Source: Candidatus Versatilivorator sp. (GTDB lineage: Bacteria; Acidobacteriota; Terriglobia; Versatilivoradales; Versatilivoraceae). From it: DNA of 64,000 bases. Below are positions 61,546 through 64,000 of this stretch, piece by piece; within the stretch, counting starts at the first letter, position 1; the number at the start of each line of letters is the position of its first letter. The notes beneath the pieces were generated by a model. That model saw nothing but the letters and a program-made list of their open reading frames with translations, had not been told where the DNA came from and ran no database searches. The translations under genes were made by a program, and so were the position numbers. The DNA lies in the NCBI GenBank assembly GCA_965207735.1, contig OZ242296.1:2784001-2848000 (forward strand), read 5' to 3'.

Positions 61546-62961
61546 ATGTCGATTCGAAAAGGGAACGGAGAGGGTTGTCCGGGGTATGCCGGCGCTCCGC
61601 TGACGCGGCGCGAGGTGCTCAAGCAGGCGGCCAACGGTTTCGGGATGATGGCGCTGTCTTCGCTCATGGCCGATGAGGCCTACGCCGGGCTTGTTCCCAC
61701 GGGCATGCCTCATTTCCCTTCCAAGGTGAAAAACGTCATCCTGTGCTTCATGCCGGGCGGGGTTTCGCACATGGATACTTTCGACCCCAAGCCCAAGCTG
61801 GACGAGCTGCACGGCCAGCTATCGGGAGACGGGCAGAGAACCTGGCAGGGGTGCCCCTGGAGCTTCAAACGCTACGGACAATCCGGGATGCCCGTCAGCG
61901 AGCTGCTCCCCCATGTTGCCACCTGCGTCGACGATCTGGCCGTTGTCCGCTCCATGGTCTCCGGATTCCCACTCCATCCCCGAGGCAACATCCTGTTCCA
62001 CACCGGTAGAAACGTGGGCGGCCATCCCAGCCTGGGATCCTGGATCACCTACGCCTTGGGCAGCGAGAACAGGAACCTGCCCGGATATGTGCTGCTGCAC
62101 ACCGGAGATATTCCTCCCGGCGGCCTGGAGAACTTCTCCAACGGCTTCCTGCCGGCCACCCACCAGGCCCTGCCCGTCAAGGCCGAGGGCAATGCCATCG
62201 ACAACCTGGTGGCCTCCGATAGCCCGCGGCTCCAGCAGGCCAAGCTGGACCTGCTCCTGGACCAGGACCGGGCCTTCGGCGCTTCGGCCGGCGGCGACGA
62301 CGCCGTGGAGGCGGCCATCCGCAACTACGAAATGGCCTACCGCATGCAGTCTCTGGTGCCGGACGTTCTGGATCTGGACAAGGAGACCGAGGCCACCAAG
62401 CGTCTCTACGGCCTGGACACCACCAACAAGGACAAGCGGAACTACAGCCTGCAGTGCCTGCGGGCCCGCCGGCTGGTGGAGGAAGGGGTGCGCTTCGTGG
62501 AGGTTACCTGCCCGGTTCTATTCGGGCAGAACAACGGGACCTGGGATCAGCACTCCTATCTGAAGCGGGGCCACGAAGCCAACGCCCTGGTAACCGACCA
62601 GGCGGTGGCCGCGCTGATCAAGGACCTCAAGTCCCGCGGCATGCTGGAGGAGACGCTGCTCATCTGGGGCACCGAGTTCGGGCGGACCCCCGATAGCTCC
62701 AACGGCGACGGCCGCGACCACCTGGAAACCGCCTTTACCATCTTCATGGCGGGCGGGGGGATCAAGGGTGGAACTCTCTATGGCGAGACCGACGAGATTG
62801 GCAAGAAAGCGGTGGAGAACATCACCACCGTGCATGACCTCCATGCCACCATCCTGCACCTGGTCGGCCTCGACCATGAGAAGTTGACCTACCGCTTCGG
62901 CGGCCGGGACCTCAGCCTGACCGACGTCCACGGCAGCGTGATCCGGCCCATCCTGGCATAG
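61546..62961 (+). CDS. DUF1501 family (sulfatase-like) Tat-exported protein
   Basis: TRREVL, GGVSHMDTFDPKP, ARRLVEEGVRFVE, WDQH, EFGRTP, HDLHATILH. Confidence 0.92.
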   Translation: MSIRKGNGEGCPGYAGAPLTRREVLKQAANGFGMMALSSLMADEAYAGLVPTGMPHFPSKVKNVILCFMPGGVSHMDTFDPKPKLDELHGQLSGDGQRTWQGCPWSFKRYGQSGMPVSELLPHVATCVDDLAVVRSMVSGFPLHPRGNILFHTGRNVGGHPSLGSWITYALGSENRNLPGYVLLHTGDIPPGGLENFSNGFLPATHQALPVKAEGNAIDNLVASDSPRLQQAKLDLLLDQDRAFGASAGGDDAVEAAIRNYEMAYRMQSLVPDVLDLDKETEATKRLYGLDTTNKDKRNYSLQCLRARRLVEEGVRFVEVTCPVLFGQNNGTWDQHSYLKRGHEANALVTDQAVAALIKDLKSRGMLEETLLIWGTEFGRTPDSSNGDGRDHLETAFTIFMAGGGIKGGTLYGETDEIGKKAVENITTVHDLHATILHLVGLDHEKLTYRFGGRDLSLTDVHGSVIRPILA

Positions 62962-63108
62962 GCCCGCATCCAATCGGAATCAGCCTCCCTTCAAATCCCG
63001 GCGAGAGCGCTTCGTCAGCGGACCCGTCCGGCGGCGTCCACCCCCTACGCTCCTCTATCGTGAGCTGTTTCTTGGAGAGGTATTGCGTTGCGGGAGGGTG
63101 CTTCTGAA

Positions 63109-63390
63109 TCGCCTCCTTCGCGGCTGAGGCAGTGCAGGGCTCAGACGACCCCGGGCTTCCGCCCGGGGCTACACGAGGCCGCTGCTACGCAGCTCCATAA
63201 GGATGGCTTGTAGGGGACGTTTTCTCGGTTGACCCACGCCAACCGCGGCTTCACCGCTCTCCCTGATATCACGACACTGCAAGGGGAAACGTGCTTATCT
63301 TATTGAGATAGTGCCCCGGTTGGCAGTCCGAGGATTCCCAGTCGAGCCGTGAAGCGGCGACAGCAGGTAGCCGTGGGCGTCAGCCCATGG
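63109..63390. repeat. Cluster of GTAG-type REP-like palindromes
   Basis: GTAGCCCCGGGCGGAAGCCCGGGG (minus, 63149-63172) and GTAGCCGTGGGCGTCAGCCCATGG (plus, 63367-63390), each preceded by an AGC.G.GAAGCGGCG-like hairpin. Confidence 0.65.
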
Positions 63391-63455
63391 GAAACGATCA
63401 GCGCATTGCCGTTCCCGCGTATCGCAAGTCCGGATGGGAATGTGCTCCAGCCCGG

Positions 63456-63674
63456 TCAGGAGAAGAACGTCAGCAGAACCCAGAGCACCAGGCCCGAGGA
63501 GATGATCAACAGAATGCAGACGGTGGTGATCACCAGAGAGAGGATGCGAAAGAAGGTTTCCAGGAACCGAAAGGCCGGGAAATCGAGCAGGTCGGCCTCC
63601 AATTTGGGAGGTTGCGGTGGTTCCTTTCGATCCGATTGTTCTACCAGATGAAGACGTGCCGCGGATCTATCCAT
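63456..63674 (-). CDS. Small hypothetical membrane protein
   Basis: 72 aa with a long hydrophobic C-terminal half; no family recognised. Confidence 0.45.
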   Translation of the reverse strand: MDRSAARLHLVEQSDRKEPPQPPKLEADLLDFPAFRFLETFFRILSLVITTVCILLIISSGLVLWVLLTFFS

Positions 63675-64000
63675 GACATTATCGTGGTCTGCCTGTTCCA
63701 GCCAATTCCCCTTGCCTATGGATTAGTACCGCTCAACCCCCCAAGGATCATCACCCCGAAAAAATAAATCGCAACCCGGCATCAGAGTGTCGCCCCACTT
63801 GCCGCGCGGCCCGGATGGGATCGGCCGGCGGTCTCCACTCCACAAGGCGGGACGGGTTGCGTCCGAACCCCCACCCGTATACAGTGTTTCTCGGGAACTG
63901 TCTTCCTGCCGGCCGCGAGAATCCTGGTCGGCTCGGCCAAACCTGGACTTGATGGAGGAATCCCTTGGCTGCAGGCCCCAAGAGGCCGGTCGGATGGACG

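Noticed and set aside
63760-64000. GC-rich hairpins as a structured RNA or riboswitch
   Set aside because: No recognisable family motif; it may be promoter or coding sequence cut by the window edge. An Rfam scan would be needed.

Overview
GC-rich bacterial chromosomal window, most consistent with Acidobacteriota (inference from the LptC/LptA-type fusion, the rpoN-hpf-rapZ cluster and the PSCyt/DUF1501 pair). The left end is a compact virB2-B3-B4-B9-(B10) type IV secretion cluster whose virB4 is split by an IS1380 (19-bp TIRs, TTAG duplication). Core blocks follow: recJ-lptAC-lptB-rpoN-hpf-rapZ; CDF-mutS2-dnaG-rpoD-tRNA(CAT)-Zn ribbon-rnhA; mqnA; udk; nth; mscS; UPF0182; DUF5752/treT; dacB; a lysW-X-Y-Z cluster; three PIN/VapC toxin-antitoxin pairs. 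The most notable structure is in the intergenic DNA. Three loci (about 24.0-26.9, 32.4-36.7 and 42.6-43.5 kb) read as head-to-tail arrays of non-coding cassettes of 60 to 563 bp. Each cassette is bounded by the same ends as two near-identical 1674-bp IS110 elements, which themselves occupy slots in two of the arrays. The cassettes carry periodic inverted-repeat modules, a GxxExxY gene relic, a MITE related to a neighbouring DDE transposon, and the target site of a group II intron. All alignments were made by eye; family assignments come from recognised motifs, not database searches.
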